This document shows positions 1 to 13,642 of a DNA stretch of 64,000 nt, piece by piece. Under the pieces are notes generated by a model. That model was not told the origin of the DNA and did no database searches. It worked only from the letters and a program-made list of their open reading frames with translations. Source of the DNA: Eutreptiella sp. 'Long Island Sound 2002' (taxonomy: Eukaryota; Protista; Euglenida). The stretch covers positions 174,406,001 through 174,470,000 of the forward strand of contig OZ038378.1 in assembly GCA_964036045.1 (NCBI GenBank), read 5' to 3'. Position 1 is the stretch's first letter. Each line of letters starts with the position of its first letter. Position numbers and translations under genes: made by a program.

Positions 1-3000
1 ATCAAAGTTCAATGCCTTGCTTGCATGGTGCATTTCCCAAGGATCACCACATGATCACATGATCACGACAATCCATGAGGTATACAGGGTTTGGAATTGG
101 GCAAAGATGCACCCCCTGAAGATTGTGGGTGCATTGCGTTACTCCTTTGCAATCCGGCTAATCCCCCTGTGAGTAAGGAAACCCCTATCCGCACTTCGCA
201 CTGCGTGATCGGAATTTCATGATTTATGATTTCGAGCATGAAGATGCCCCCCCTCCAAACTGTTGGGAACTAGTTTCGTGGCCTCACCGCTCCCGTATGG
301 CCAACAAACCGTATGTCATCTCGCTTTCAACGCAACAATGGCCGGGTTTGGGTCCATCAGAGCACCCCCATACCCGCCGTTTGCTAAATTAGGGTCCACC
401 CTCGCAGCCTCTGTTGCTTCCATTATCAGCGCAAGAAGAGCAAGACAAATCCAGACAAGACCGGATGCTAGAAATGCGGAGCAAACAATTTCAATTACTA
501 CTGACCACCATTGAAGACTTAGAAGAGGAACTTGTGGGCGAAAAGGATGACGCCGAGGATGGTTTGTCATAGCTTTAATGAATAGTTTTTGGAGCCAATC
601 CGCATGGTGTTTGGTTAATGACTATCGAACGCTACCATGCTCGTCATAGAGCCGTCCAGCTCGTGTTGTGTTGATACGCTTGACCACCGACTGCACGGAA
701 GCCATGTACATTCCGCGATCGTGTTGCATTGTGCTGATTGTGTGTTTGTTTCCTTTCATTTGTCATAGATGCGATGCAAACGTGAAGCGGATTCCGAGCG
801 GGACCCAGAGTTGCATGAAGTGCGCGTTATACGTTTGCCCAATCACCCGTCATAACAGCGAGGGCTCGGCATCCTTGCATTGGTTTTACGGTTTCGGGGA
901 ACAAGGGAGGGTGAATCTTGTTTCGCTTTTGTTTCGACCTCCAACACTTCTTTGAATCCCAACATAATATATCATTAGATGTATCTTCGTTGGGTTTGCT
1001 TCGATCGTCGTTGGGTTTGGTTTGCCCATGGCTAGTGCGATCAACCATCCGCTGTGCGCTCCTTGGGATGTGTGCATCGTGGTCAGCATTTGTTGTTGTC
1101 GTGGCTGCTTGGGACATATGGGTTTGGAAGTAGCACGTGTGCGTTACGGCGTGAACTGTAAAACGACGACGGAATGAACAGTAGCTGACTAGGGCATTTT
1201 TTTTCGATGTGGTAGTTTCATTTCTAGGGATTGCGGGGACGGGTGTGGAAGGGCATGTTTGACAACAGAATTCTGCTTGGGCGTAGGCGTAGGTTTGTTT
1301 TTGGTTGCCAGCCCTGGATTGGGGGCCCTGACTACAAAATAATTCATTCCACTCTCGAAACAAGCTGAGTGACGCAGAGCGGTTCCGGCTTGGCCCCCTC
1401 GTGGTCTAAACAAAGCACAGTTCCAGTGGTCCGAAAAGGATCGAATCAGTTCTCACAATTGGAAACTTTGTTTTAGAGTTCTGATTGCGTTCTGAAATGT
1501 GGCGTGAATCCCAACGTTGGGAGAATTATTTCCGAGGACAAAGATGCAGTGTAATGTTAAGATTGCAGATTTGCAAACCAAATAGGGACGGAAGTTCCAA
1601 CCGACTCCCGCATGCTCACGCTTCTCGTAGAGTTTCGGGTTCTGATGCCTTGGGTTCCATGACGCCCATAGCCCTAAGGTGACGTCATTGTTGCTTCTCT
1701 GCATTGTGATTCTCCAAAGGCGTTACTCTAACGACCTAACCCTCTTTGTAGTCGGCTGCTAACGACATCTCTTGACAAAAGTGTTCACCCAGCCCTTCTG
1801 GTTGCTTGCTCTGGACGTGCCCTGAGTTACGAATGTCATTAGGCAGAGGGGCATGCCGTGGGGGTTCTGCAGTGCAGCGCGGTGCACTGCGCCGTGTGGT
1901 CGCCTCCCATCCGAACATGAGCCGTGTGCATCTTGTCACCCTGAGGCCCTTTGACACAACCCTGGCATTTCCTTTCAGTTCGTTTCGCGCTTCCCAAGAT
2001 GGGGGGGGGGGGAGGGCAGCGGGAAAGGCGCGTGAAGGAGTGGGGCACCTGGGCCTCACGCACACGGAAACGAGGGGAGGCAGGTGGTGGACGACCGTAG
2101 AGCGGACGTGTGTGGGCAGCGAAAACCGTCAAACGACCCCCGCAGCAACCAGGACAACCCCGGTACACCAACTGCTGGGCACCGCTAACGCACAAACGGC
2201 ACCCGCCGCAACCAGCACAGCCCCGGCGCACCAACGACGGCGATCCGCGAACGCGGAAACAACACCAGCAGGAGCACAGGCCCCAGCAGCCGACAAAACG
2301 CAGCGACCCGACGCGGCATGCGAAGGGAAGAACGGGTGACTGTCCAGGGCCCCGTAAAGAAACAGCAACCCGACGTAATGTCACACAGGGGGGCTGCCCC
2401 AAGACAGGTCATGTGCCAATCATCGCTCCACTATTCAAGGAGAAGATGGATCTTCTGATGCGCCTACAGGCAGACCTGAGGCTGGTGGGGCACAGGCCCA
2501 TACAAAGCGATTGTAGGCCAGTGGAAAAACGGTTGGGGAGCAGTTCCTGGTGGTTACAAGACGTACAGAGGACTCTTGCGGAATGGTTGTAGCCATACTC
2601 GGAGAGGCGGGGGGCGAAGCTTCAAGCACAGGTTTTCCTACAGGTGAGGGTAGGATCGGTGCTGACAACTCAGGTATGTCACAGGATTCACATGGGAAAC
2701 CCCTTCTGCACACATGCGGGTTATGCTCTTCACCGTCGTTTGCATGCTGCTGTTTTAGGGCCTGAGCTGCTTCATTTTCAGTCTGTTGAGTGTCCCCCCC
2801 TCTAAACTAATTTGGGAGCGGATCTTGTTTCCAGTATCATGCAAACAATGATACAACATCAGAGGCACAACACCAGAGTTGGGTTGTACAAGGCCACGCA
2901 CACATACAAGTTCATTCTCTCCTCCACTCAAGAATTTTGAAAGCGCAACTGTTCAATCTGGCAAATGTTATTGATTCGTGAGGAAGGGCTGCGGTCAACA

Positions 3001-6000
3001 CCCTGCAGGCACTGGACAAGCAACAACTCAATTCGGATTATTGAACCATGTTGTGGTTTATGCACATGGTTTATGTTGATTTCCCAGCTGGAGTCCAGGA
3101 AACCAACAACAATTCACCCCTGGACTGCCATTTGGAAATGGTGGTGTCCGTGGTTGCCAGTGTTGCCACAACAGGGTTCTAGACCAAGTCTGACATGGTC
3201 TAGACCAGTGTTGGTTAGTGTGATCTAGACCAAGTCTGATGTAGTCCAGACAAGCAGGTTCTCCTCCAACCTCATGGAGACACAGACATTTTTCTTTTTC
3301 CAAGTCCAGGTTTGGCTTGAATACCCGTCACTCGGCTCACATGCTAGTTGGGTGCAAAAGCCATTACACAATGACCCAAGGTGTTTGCAAATCATGTACA
3401 TTGGTTCCCAAGCAACTGGCCCCCTCCACAAACATCCCAGACACCCAAAGTGGCCAAAAATGGCATTTTTTTTGTTGGAAAATTTGATTTTTTTTGAAAC
3501 CTGGGTCCACCACTTGTGGCACCGGTTCTTGGACGCTATTATTTGTTTTCTTGCTCAATTTTTGTGCGATTGGCCTCATCCTCATTGACAACAATATCAT
3601 TCACCAAAATTTCGGCAAAATCCAAGCCACCACAGGAGAATGAGTATTATGATTTTTTCCCCATCTGATGCATGCTTGTTGCCACTACTTGCTACTGCGA
3701 CGTTGCTAGAAAGATGCTGCTTGAAAGGGTAGGCCCCTAGGACTTAGGGACTTAGCACCATGCAGTAGTGCAAGAGGGGGGGGGGTCACCGGGTGACTAA
3801 ATGGGTCAAATTTGGGTGAAACAGGATTAGTTCCAAAGTTGTTCCTAGACTGCTTGGGGTGCTTACAAGTGGTTTTAGGCTTTTTTTGAGCTGTTTTTGA
3901 TGTATGTCGGCCCACGCAAGCTCGCAAAAATCATTGAAAAGAACCAAAAAAAAACCGCGCGCGCAATGTGCACAAATTTGGCCTTCTTTTTTCTGACCCC
4001 CTAGTTGGACGTGCATTATTCCCTTTTGAGCGCTGCAATTGCTCCTGATGCTCCCCCTTTTCTCTTGGTGCTTGTATTTCTGTGTCCCAAACCAGCGTCA
4101 AAAAGGTGATAAATGTGTTTTTCCAAAGTGCCCTAGACCTTTTGGGATGCGAAAACAAGTGGCTCTAAGCGATTTTACGTTGTTTTTGACCCAAAGTCGC
4201 AGCAACGCTCAAGGTGCAGAGCGCCGTGTGCAAGATGTAGAACAGACATTGTGCATATGCAAACTGCAAAGTGCAAGGTGCAAAGGGATTGTGTGTGGTG
4301 TGCAAAGCAAACAATGCATGGTATGCCAGGTGCGCAATGCATATTTAGCAAAGTGCATTGTGTGTGGTTTGCGAAGGCACCAGATGTACACCGTGTTCAT
4401 AGAACACTTGAGATGCCCACAATTGGCTTTTGGCTTCATTGAGCTGCTTTTGAACCAGGTTGGCCCTTGCAAGTTCCCAAAAATAATTGAAAGAGGGCAT
4501 GTTGGATTGGGCAATGGAGCCCCAGGCAACCTCAGGGTAACCAACACCCCTCAGTGTGGCCGTAATTGCTGCAACCGCACTTATCGGAGCAACTGGATAG
4601 GACGATGCTGCTGCCACATGGCCACCAAGTCACAAGATTGCTTTGCTCGCAATCATCCATCAAAGACCTTGGTCCATCCATTATTTATGGGAAGCAAAAG
4701 ATGTCATAATGGCTTTTGGGTAGTTGGTGCTCTTGAGGTTGGTTCCAGTAAACTCACCCTACCAACTGGCACTCTGAGCAAACACCCCAAATGAGGCAGG
4801 CATTGAAAAGGAGCCATTTTCGGACAAGAAAAAAGGTGAAGGCAAGGTCAAGGCACAAAAGAAATATGTTATTCAGTGATCCTCAACGTTTTACGATGCT
4901 GAAACAGTCAGTCCGTTTTTATTTTTGTTTTCCACCAATGTTTGTCAGTGTAAGCTCACCATATTTGCCTGCTCAAATTCACCACATAATTTTCAGTGGC
5001 GCCAAAAAATTGAACATATTTTTCAAGAAGGGATTTGAAAAAGTTTGGAATCCTCAAAGACGTGTTCCGTGGTTCTGGGTGTTTCATACCGCCACAGTCA
5101 ACAACGAAGACTAACAAAGCTAACAACATGTTCTCTCCTTTGTGTTCATGGCCCTCAACATCGGTCACATGGCGAGTCACTCCACATGAATATACAACAA
5201 TGACACTTGGGTGGATGGGTGGGAGGGTCCACACAACACAGAGGGCAAAAGAAATGAAAATTATGGTAAATGGAACTTCATGGTGTCCTAGGTAAGCATA
5301 GGTTTACATTAGCCTTGTGTCCCGAGGCACTGTTCGGGAATTTTCTCTCCAAGAAAACTACAATTGATGACCACGGTGGTCCACAAGAAACACAAGTGAC
5401 AAGCATATACTTTTGTTTGTGTTCACGGCCTTTGTGTAAAGCGAGTGTATGTGAGCATCAGGTCACACATTGCATCAAGTGCACATTTTGAAAATTGCAC
5501 ACTCTGCCACTACACACACTACACATTGTGTGTTTAGCACACCAAGTAGTACACACTCAGCGCACCGCCCACACTATATTTTGCACACTTTCCTCATTGC
5601 GCATTCTATACTATGCATCACACATTGCGGAATGTGCATTGTAATGGAAATAGAAATTCCACTAGTGGATAGTGTGGTTTCTCTCCCTTGGACCCTCCAA
5701 CAACTTGCTCCAGGGTCTTATTCTACCACACATCATTCTTAGGTAGACCCAACAACATGTTGAGTTTGTTTGCATATGTTGCATGATGTGCCCCACGGTG
5801 GTATTCCATGGTGTGAGCACGGATGTGCAGGGTAAAGGTGGTGTGTGTTGTAACATGAGCATTTTTTTATTTTTGCAGTAAATGCATGTAACAAAAAAAA
5901 TCGTCGCATCAGTGTAATTTTTTTTGTTGGTATTTGTGTGTAAATTGTACTCCTGTTTACCGTGGAAAAAAAAAGCACGCGACGTGACAATTTTTTTATA

Positions 6001-6244
6001 TTTGCGTTTGCCGTGAAAAAAAGTTACACAACTGGACAATATTTTTGTACTTGCGTTTACCACCCAAAACAAATTACACGAATTGACGATTTTTTTCTAC
6101 TCGTGTTTGCCGCAAAAACAAATACACAATTTGACGAATTTTCTGTACTCGCGTTTACCGCAAACAAAAATACTTACACGACTTTACTGCAAACAAAAGA
6201 TATACGATTTTGCCGCAAAGGAAAATGATCCATGACTTGACTGA

Positions 6245-7590
6245 AAAGAAAATCACATGCATGTAGCCAATCTGCCCGCTTGTGGGTCACTTCCCTCTTG
6301 TCCCCCGCTCTGAAGCGGTGGGGACCCCCCACACGGCAGGGGTAATGTAGCCAATGCCTAGTTGTGGGCGTCTTCTGATTTTGCCCCCCCGTTCTGAAGC
6401 GTTGAGGACCCCCCAAAAGGTAGGGGTTATGCAGCCAATCTGCCCACTTGTGGGTCATTTCTGATTTTGTCCCTTGCTTTGAAGCATTGGGGACCCCCTG
6501 GACGTCGGGGGTTAAGTAGCCAATTTGCCCTCTTGTGGGCCACCTCTGATTTTGTACCCCCGCTGTGAAGCGTTGGGGACCCCCAAACGGCAGGGGTTAT
6601 GTAGTCAAACTGCCCACTTGTGGGCCACTTCTCTTTTGTCTCCCGTTGTGAAGCGGTGGGGACCCCCCAAACGGCAGGGGTAATATAGCTAATGCCTAGT
6701 TGTGGGCCATTTCTGATTTTGTTCCCCTGCTGTGAAGCGTCGGGGACCCCCCAAATGGTAGGGGTTGTGCAACCGATATGCCCACTTGCGGGCCATTTCT
6801 GATTTTGTCCCCTGATATGGAGCATTGGGACCCCCGAGACGGTGGGGGTTATGTAGCCAATTCGCTCACTTGTGGGCCATTTCTTATTTTCTCCCCCGCT
6901 GTGAAGCGTTGGGGACCTGCTACACGGTATGGGCTATGTAGCCAGTCTGCCCACTTGTGGGCCACTTTTGATTTTGCCCCCCACTGTGAAGTGTTGGGGA
7001 GCCCCCAAATGGCAGGGGTAATGTAGCCAATCGGCTCATTTGTGGGCCATTTCTGATTTTCTCCCCTACTGTGACGCGTTGGGGACCCCTAGACGGCAAG
7101 GGTAATGTAGCCAATCGGCGCACTTGTGGGCCATTTCTGATTTTCTCCCCTGCTGTGACGCTTTGGGGACCCCCTAGATGGCAGGGGTAATGTAGCCAAT
7201 CGGCTGGTTTGTGGGCCATTTCTGATTTTTTCCCCCGCTCTGAAGTGTTGGGGACCCCCTCGACGGCGGGGGTTATGTAGCCAATCTGCCCACTTGTGGG
7301 CCATTTCTGATTTTCTCCCCCGCTCTAAAGCGCTGGGGACCCCCTAGATGGCAGGGGTTATGTAGCCAATCCGTCCACTTGTGGGCCATTTCTGATTTTC
7401 TCCCCTGCTGTGAAGCGTTGGGGACCCCCTAGACGGCGGGGGTTATGTAGCCAATCTGCCCACTTGTGCACTTGTGGGCCGGTTCTGATTTTCTCCCCTG
7501 CTGTGAAGCGTTGGGGACCCTAAGACAGCAAGGGTAATGTAGCCAATCGGCTGACTTGTGGCATTGCTCATTTTGTCCCCGATGTGAAGC
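6245..7590. repeat. Tandem satellite, ~84-85 bp unit, ~16 copies
   Basis: The unit ATGTAGCCAATCTGCCCACTTGTGGGCCATTTCTGATTTTCTCCCC...GAAGCGTTGGGGACCCCCTAGACGGCAGGGGTT recurs; TAGCCAAT anchors are spaced 83-91 bp apart. Isolated copies lie near 9130-9200 and 11350-11400. Confidence 0.95.
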
Positions 7591-10500
7591 GTTGGGTGAT
7601 GGACTCCCATGCTTCGTTGTGGCTGGAAGCCACTCCCGCCGGTCCCTACAGGGCGATATATACGGGGCACCAGCAGGGCCTAGGGGGTGGTGAGGGTGAG
7701 TCTGCCTCTACTAATCTTGCTGTTGTTGCGCCCCAAAAAGTTGACGGCATGGAGGTGCATCGGAAGAGCTGGCATTGCCTAAACCTCTTTCGGCCCCCTT
7801 ATGTGTGTGGGCAATGTCACAAGGCCATGTACCTGTGGTGCATGGATTGTGAAGGGTGTGGCTTTTGCTTGCCTGCTTTGGTGTCGTGTCCGTGGTAGGG
7901 CCCACCCTAACATGGACAAATGGCTGTTATAAAAGTGGTGTTAGGCGGTGGATGTCGAGGAGGATTTGAATGCCACCCTCCCAAAGCAACCTATGTCTAG
8001 TGACGAGGAGTTGGACCTACTTTCTAATCCTCTTTTGGCCTCTCCCCTGGGGAAGGAGGTGAGGAAAAAAGAGGTCTAATAATTTGATTTGGAGGTGGAC
8101 TTCTTTGTGCCTCCTCCTTTGGCTCCTGTGCCACAGCAGAAGGTGAAGGGAGAGAAGACCTTGCCAAGTGCGCTTCCTGTCGAATCTCCCAATTCTTAAA
8201 GGCGTACTCGCCACTAATAAAGGGCGGATCAAAGAAATGGAGCTCAAGGGTGCCCACACCCAAATAATGAAACGCTCCAACCGGACACGACAATGGAAGG
8301 CACACACAAACCACTGCAACGCTTCTTTGTCATCGCTATTAAACACAAAAGTGTGGTGACGGCACCAAGCCACGCCATCTAGTGTGGAGCCACATTCAAT
8401 AATTTGCATCCACGTGAACACTCTCTTGATATAAGTAACCGAAGAGTCCATGCACGTGGCTCATCCATTTCCATATGGTAGAGCTCTTGGTTCAACCAAC
8501 ACAAGATATCCTTGTCCATCAACCAATCTCCCACCCCAAACGGTTTGTTTTGCTAGGGAGGGTACCTCGCTTAACCACCAAGCACTGGGCCCTTGAATTC
8601 CACAAGGGGGGTTGGTCTTGTGGTTTTCAGCAAAGATGCATCCAACCAGGTGGAGCCTAACCAGTAGTTCATCAATGAGCTGACCAAGCACCTCTGGTTA
8701 TTGAGTTGTGTGTGGCTTGTTAGTTGAACACCAGTCCTAGTGCAAAGCCCAAGTCCACGGGTACCAAAAGTGGCCTCATCTACAAACGTGCATTTTGCGA
8801 CTAAATGTAGGGGGTGCATATTTTGTGGGCTTTTTGCTTTACTATATTTTCCTCTGTTTATTTGGTGTACCAATGGTGGAGCGTATAAGCAAGCTATTAT
8901 ATTGGCCCCATCCCAATGAGAATGCTTTTCCTGCGGCGCCTGCGGCGCGCAGTTTGGGAAACCTGCCTAATTTGTGGAGCTTTTTAGATTCCACCTTGTT
9001 GTGCTCCCCGGGGGGCTTGGGGCCCGGTTTTGCCATATAGTATGGCCCTTTTATGTAGCCATATTGATCTCTCCCTACCATGGGGACCTCGAGAAGGCAC
9101 GGGTTATGTTACGGGGTGTCAACCCGGGGGCAGGGGTTAGGTAGCCACTATGCCCACGTGTGGGCCATTTCTGATTTTGTCCCCGTGCTGAGCATTGGGA
9201 GCCATTGATTTCTCCCCAGTAGCGGGGGACACTTGTTAAATGCAATCCACGCTTTACACATTGAGCCGGGGCCGTAGTCTTCACATTGATGGAGCGATGG
9301 TGTCAAAAGATCAACGTGTGCTATTTCTCAGTTATCTGGTTTGTTTCCGGAACAATCCGCAATAAAACAGGTTTCTCAAACCCTGTGGCGCCTGCGGCGC
9401 ACCTGCGGCGCGCAAAAAGCGTTCTCAATGCCTTGGTGGCCACAGAGAGTATAGTGGTGGCACTAACGTTGGCTATGGCCCTATCAGGGTTGTTTTCTTG
9501 AGCCTCATTTTGTTCCTAGTGCCGGCACATTGATGTTGGCCATGGCCCTGCCGCGACTCTTTTCTTGAGCCCGACTTTGTTTCTAGTGCCCATTACACCA
9601 TGTGATACTATGTGATATTGGCCGAGTCCCAACTAATTGGTGGCCACACACAGTACTTGGTGCTTTGTGGACTCGGCGTCCCATTGTTAAGGGCTGCTAT
9701 GGGGTGCTGTATAGAACCAGCAATTGTACATATTGCGTACGTGTTGCAAAAACTGCATCCTTTTTTTGATTTTTCAAATTTTTTTATAATTACACGTTTT
9801 ACTGGGGGGAAAAATGCACAACTTTACCGCAAAAAACAAATTACATGAGTTGACTAATTTTTTTTCATTGGTCAGATTTTTTTAAAATGATTTACACGAG
9901 TTACCGCAAAAAAAAATTGCATGACTTAACGATTTTTTGGTACACTAGTTACATTTTTCACATAAAGGCGCCTCTACCACCATTGTTTTGGCATCTATGA
10001 TCTTTGTACAATCCATTAGTTCATCAGAGCCACATAAGTGAGCATGAGATTCTGGGGGAGTGGCTTGTTTATGATGTTGACGGCACATCAAATTAACCGT
10101 AGCTGAAGTCCCCTTAGGGGGGAGGGGGGGGCTCAAGTAGTACTTCGAGGGGCGTGGATGCACCAACTAGAGGAGCGAGGGGGCTGGTGTCCCATGGGGA
10201 CAAAGGAAAGGGGGGTCCATTTGGAAGAAGAGGCGGGTGAGGCCATAAAATTTCAGTGATTCGCTCGGGTTCGGCTGGAATGTTTCATTGGATGCTTTGA
10301 GTTTGTTGACAACACCATCAAATATTTCCAATAGTTCCTGGTCCAGATTGTGGGTAACGCTTAGGCCTCTTACTCCTCTCCCTTGCAATGTGGGTAAAGA
10401 TATCATACATTAGGACATTGCTGATACTTTACCACTCCAGTAGGCTAGTGTGCCCTCATATCTCACATATAAGCACACTTCCCAGGTTCACTCTGCAGCA

Positions 10501-11892
10501 ACGTTCATCAACATCTCAGTATATTACCATCATTGGGTCAAAAATAGAGGGATGGGGGTGGGGCAGCTTAAAGGAGGGAAGGCGCGGTTCATCATTGATA
10601 CTAGTGGTAAGCCCCTAGGACCCTCCAAAATTCCTATCCTCAGATGGTCACCCAGCTGTTGAAAGTAGTAACACTTTACAAGCTTTACAATCCTCCTCAT
10701 TGAGGTAGTGGAACTAGTACTGTTGTAGCCCTCTACATTGAGCTGATAGAACAATCATGGTCCTCTTCACTAAGCTCGCCCCTTTTTGTGGCAAGCAGCG
10801 GTAGGAAGCAACTGCCGGGATTTTTTGACATAGCATGGAGCTAGAGACTGCAGCAAGCTTCATTGATATAGTGCTTCGGTCGTTTTGGGGCTGTTTTGGG
10901 CCCCAAAATGGCTGGTTTAGCCCTGATTTGGCAGGGCACCTCTCAATTAGGTGCCGTTTTTGTGCGCCTGATGTGAACTCATGCGGTGTTTGCACGCAAA
11001 AACGAGATAATGACCCCGTGGTGGTCGCCGTAGCTCTGTCGGCGGGTGGGGCTCGCATGGGTGCCCGGGTGTGCCCCCCTTCCCCCCTTGCCCCCCTTGC
11101 CCTGCCGGCGTTGTTGCCCCTTGAGCCAGTTGTGGAGGATCTCGGCAGTATGGGGGTGAGGCCTTGGGTGGCCTCGTCCAACAACGTTGGATTGCGTGTT
11201 AGATTCAGCTGAGCTTTTTCCCCATGGTTGGACAAGGGGTGAACGTCGCCATGCCAGGCATGTGTTTAAGGCCTAGGCCAACCAATGCTATCATCAGCCA
11301 ATACTATCGTAGGCGCTATCCTTCCTTGCCTTGGGGGCCCTGATGCAGCATGGGTTATGTAGCCTCTTTGGGAACCCCAGACAGGGGTGATGTAGCCATT
11401 TTGCTACCTCCCTGTTCTGGCGATTCCATGCAGGAGCACTAGGAGCTATTGCAGAGTGTATTGGCTTATGCACTGGTGGGGACAGACCTGCTTATTAAGC
11501 ACAATAAATGCCGCATTTGCTGTGTAATTGGAATTGACAATAAATGTCGCATTTGTTGTGAAATCGGAATTGACAGATTTGGTTTGATGTTGTGTGCTCT
11601 GCAGGAATGATTTTGGGGTTGATTTGGCTAGTAGAGTGGCAGTTTCCTAGCCTGCTTAGAGGAGTCTCTACAGGATGGTAAATCTGGGGCTAATGTCCAG
11701 GACTGGACATTTGCACAAAAGTAGCACTCCGGGCAAACACTCCCCCAAGAAAAGGGGGGTGGGGCTTTACAGCTGTTCGCTTGTGTGCATTTCTGGTGAA
11801 CCATTGGACACCATTGGGGTTTATGAATCTGGCAGGTTCTTATGGTGCCTTCAATGCCAAGTTTCATGTGCCAATGTTGAGACCCATGTGTG

Positions 11893-12105
11893 ATGGACCC
11901 TGCGTCCATGGACACATCTCGATACCAGGCCCAGTCCATTATCAACGCCGCCCGCCTCGAAGCTGAAAAGATCCTTGAACAGGCTGCACAGGCGGCACAG
12001 ACCATCATCGATGGGGCGTTGCAGAAGGAGGCTGAGATCGAGAGGTCAACAGGGAGACCAAAGCAGTCGCGCCGCCGGAACAAACTGAAAACCGACCTGG
12101 TTAAG
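11893..12105 (+). CDS. Putative first exon of a SAM-domain gene (helical, coiled-coil-like segment)
   Basis: ATG at 11893 gives MDPASMDTSRYQAQSIINAARLEAEKILEQAAQAAQTIIDGALQKEAEIE...KTDLVK. Codons are GC3-rich, and a phase-0 donor AAG|GTGCCG joins in frame to the exon at 13380. Confidence 0.5.
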
Positions 12106-12424
12106 GTGCCGACGCTCCTTTGATGCTCTGCGGCTGTCTTCCCGCCGCTTATCTGCCCTCACCGTTTTTCTTTTACGACTTTCTGCTGCCTCCTTCCCAC
12201 CTGGGCCTTCCGCCTGTCTGCCGCTCCTCCATTCCTTTCGAGAGAGGTCATATGCTTCAGCCACCTGAGCAGGAGATTTAACAGCGAATCTCTGGCACGG
12301 TCTGTTTACAGGGAAGACCTACAAGTTCCCTGGTCAAATTCCAGTGGTCCCAGCCAGCAATGATGGTGTTCACTGGAGTCCTGGGATGGCCTGGAACACT
12401 CTGCCGTGTGCATGCTGCCTTACT

Positions 12425-13118
12425 CCTTCCTTCCAATTGTCACCAGTCCTCTCTCCCTCCTTGCCTCCGTTTCCCCTCCCTCCCTTCCTCTGCAGGTGCC
12501 CCCGTGGCAAACGCTGTTTGGCAAAGGTATTTAAGGAGGTGTGAAGGTAATAAACTGTGCAAGTGCGGAATGGGAGGGAACCCAAGGACCCCAGTGCTGC
12601 TCAAAATGTGGAACGGGAGGGGGGCCAAGAACCCTGATGTAACACAGGAGGGGGCCCAAGCATCCTGGGAGGGGGCCCAAGGGCCTAAGTGTGCACAATG
12701 TGTGCACAGTGTGAATGGAAAGGAACGGAGGATAGGTAGACAAGTGAATGGAAAGGCCAGGGTCCCTGGGTGGCCTCCCGTTCCACATCTTGCGCAGCAC
12801 TGGGGTCCTTGGGTCCCGTCGCAGGGTCCTTGGGCCACTCCCCATGCTGCATTAGGGATCTTAGGCTCCTCCCATTTCGCATCTTCTGCAGCACTCGGGT
12901 CCTTTGGCCTCCTAGGGTCCTTGGGCCCCCTCTCATGCAGCACTGGTATCCTTGGGTCCCCACCCATTCCGCATCTAGCACAGTTTATTACCTTCAGACC
13001 TCCCCAAATACCTTTGCCGAACAGTGTTTGCCACCGGTGCACCTGCGGAGGGAGGGAGGGAGGGAGGGAAAATGGAGGCAAGGGAGGGACAGAGAAACAT
13101 GTGACAATGTGGAACGGG
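12425..13118. mobile_element. Foldback/MITE-like element with long imperfect inverted arms, intronic
   Basis: 12450-12600 (CCCTCCTTGCCTCC...GGCAAAGGTATTT...GAAGGTAATAAACTGTGC...GCGGAATGGG) is the reverse complement of ~12950-13093. The interior carries GGACCCAAG/CTTGGGTCC repeats. Confidence 0.7.
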
Positions 13119-13300
13119 CAAGGTAGGGGGTGTGCAGCACGGGAAGGGACTCAAGGACCCAAGGGGTCGCCTGAGGGCGCACGTGGAGGGCCCAGGGAGT
13201 GCATCTCATATGGTGTGGCCGGCCGATATGCAGCATCGTCGGCGACGCCATCGTGCACCCCAGGCGGCCTGTGAGCCTTAAGATCGGCAATCCAAAAATC

Positions 13301-13372
13301 CTCCCCCCCTCCCTCCATCCCTCCCTCCCTCCCTCCCTCCCTCCCTCCCTCCCTCCCTCCCTCCCTCCCTCT
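13301..13372 (+). repeat. (CCCT)n polypyrimidine microsatellite immediately before a splice acceptor
   Basis: About 16 CCCT units followed by CTTTCAAAG|GGC. Confidence 0.9.
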
Positions 13373-13379
13373 TTCAAAG

Positions 13380-13642
13380 GGCAAAGTGACGCAGCGGACG
13401 TACAATATACTGAAGTGGGGTCACCAGAATTATTCCCTCCCCCTGAGCCCAGCGAACTCCAAGGCCAAGAAGCGGACTCGCAGCAAACCGCACAAGAAGG
13501 ACCTGGGCTGCCTGACGACCACTGGGACATCATGGGAGGCGACGCTGTCCAGGAGCGACACAAAACCCCTTTCCCAACGCGAAGTGCGAGAGCTGGTGGA
13601 GCAGACCCTGAATCAGTCCTTGTACCAGAGGAGCACACGGGG
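13380..13642 (+). CDS. Putative exon 2 of the SAM-domain gene (3' end uncertain)
   Basis: Acceptor follows the pyrimidine tract; reads GKVTQRTYNILKWGHQNYSLPLSPANSKAKKR...REVRELVEQTLNQSLYQ in phase with exon 1. The donor was chosen only for phase-2 compatibility with 14551. Confidence 0.4.

Noticed and set aside
250-10800. Protein-like decayed fragments (e.g. 420-570, 1500-1650, 4345-4617 minus, 7950-8450, 9945-10750 minus)
   Set aside because: Interrupted by stops, and no diagnostic motif could be recognised by eye; a tBLASTx/HMM search would be needed.
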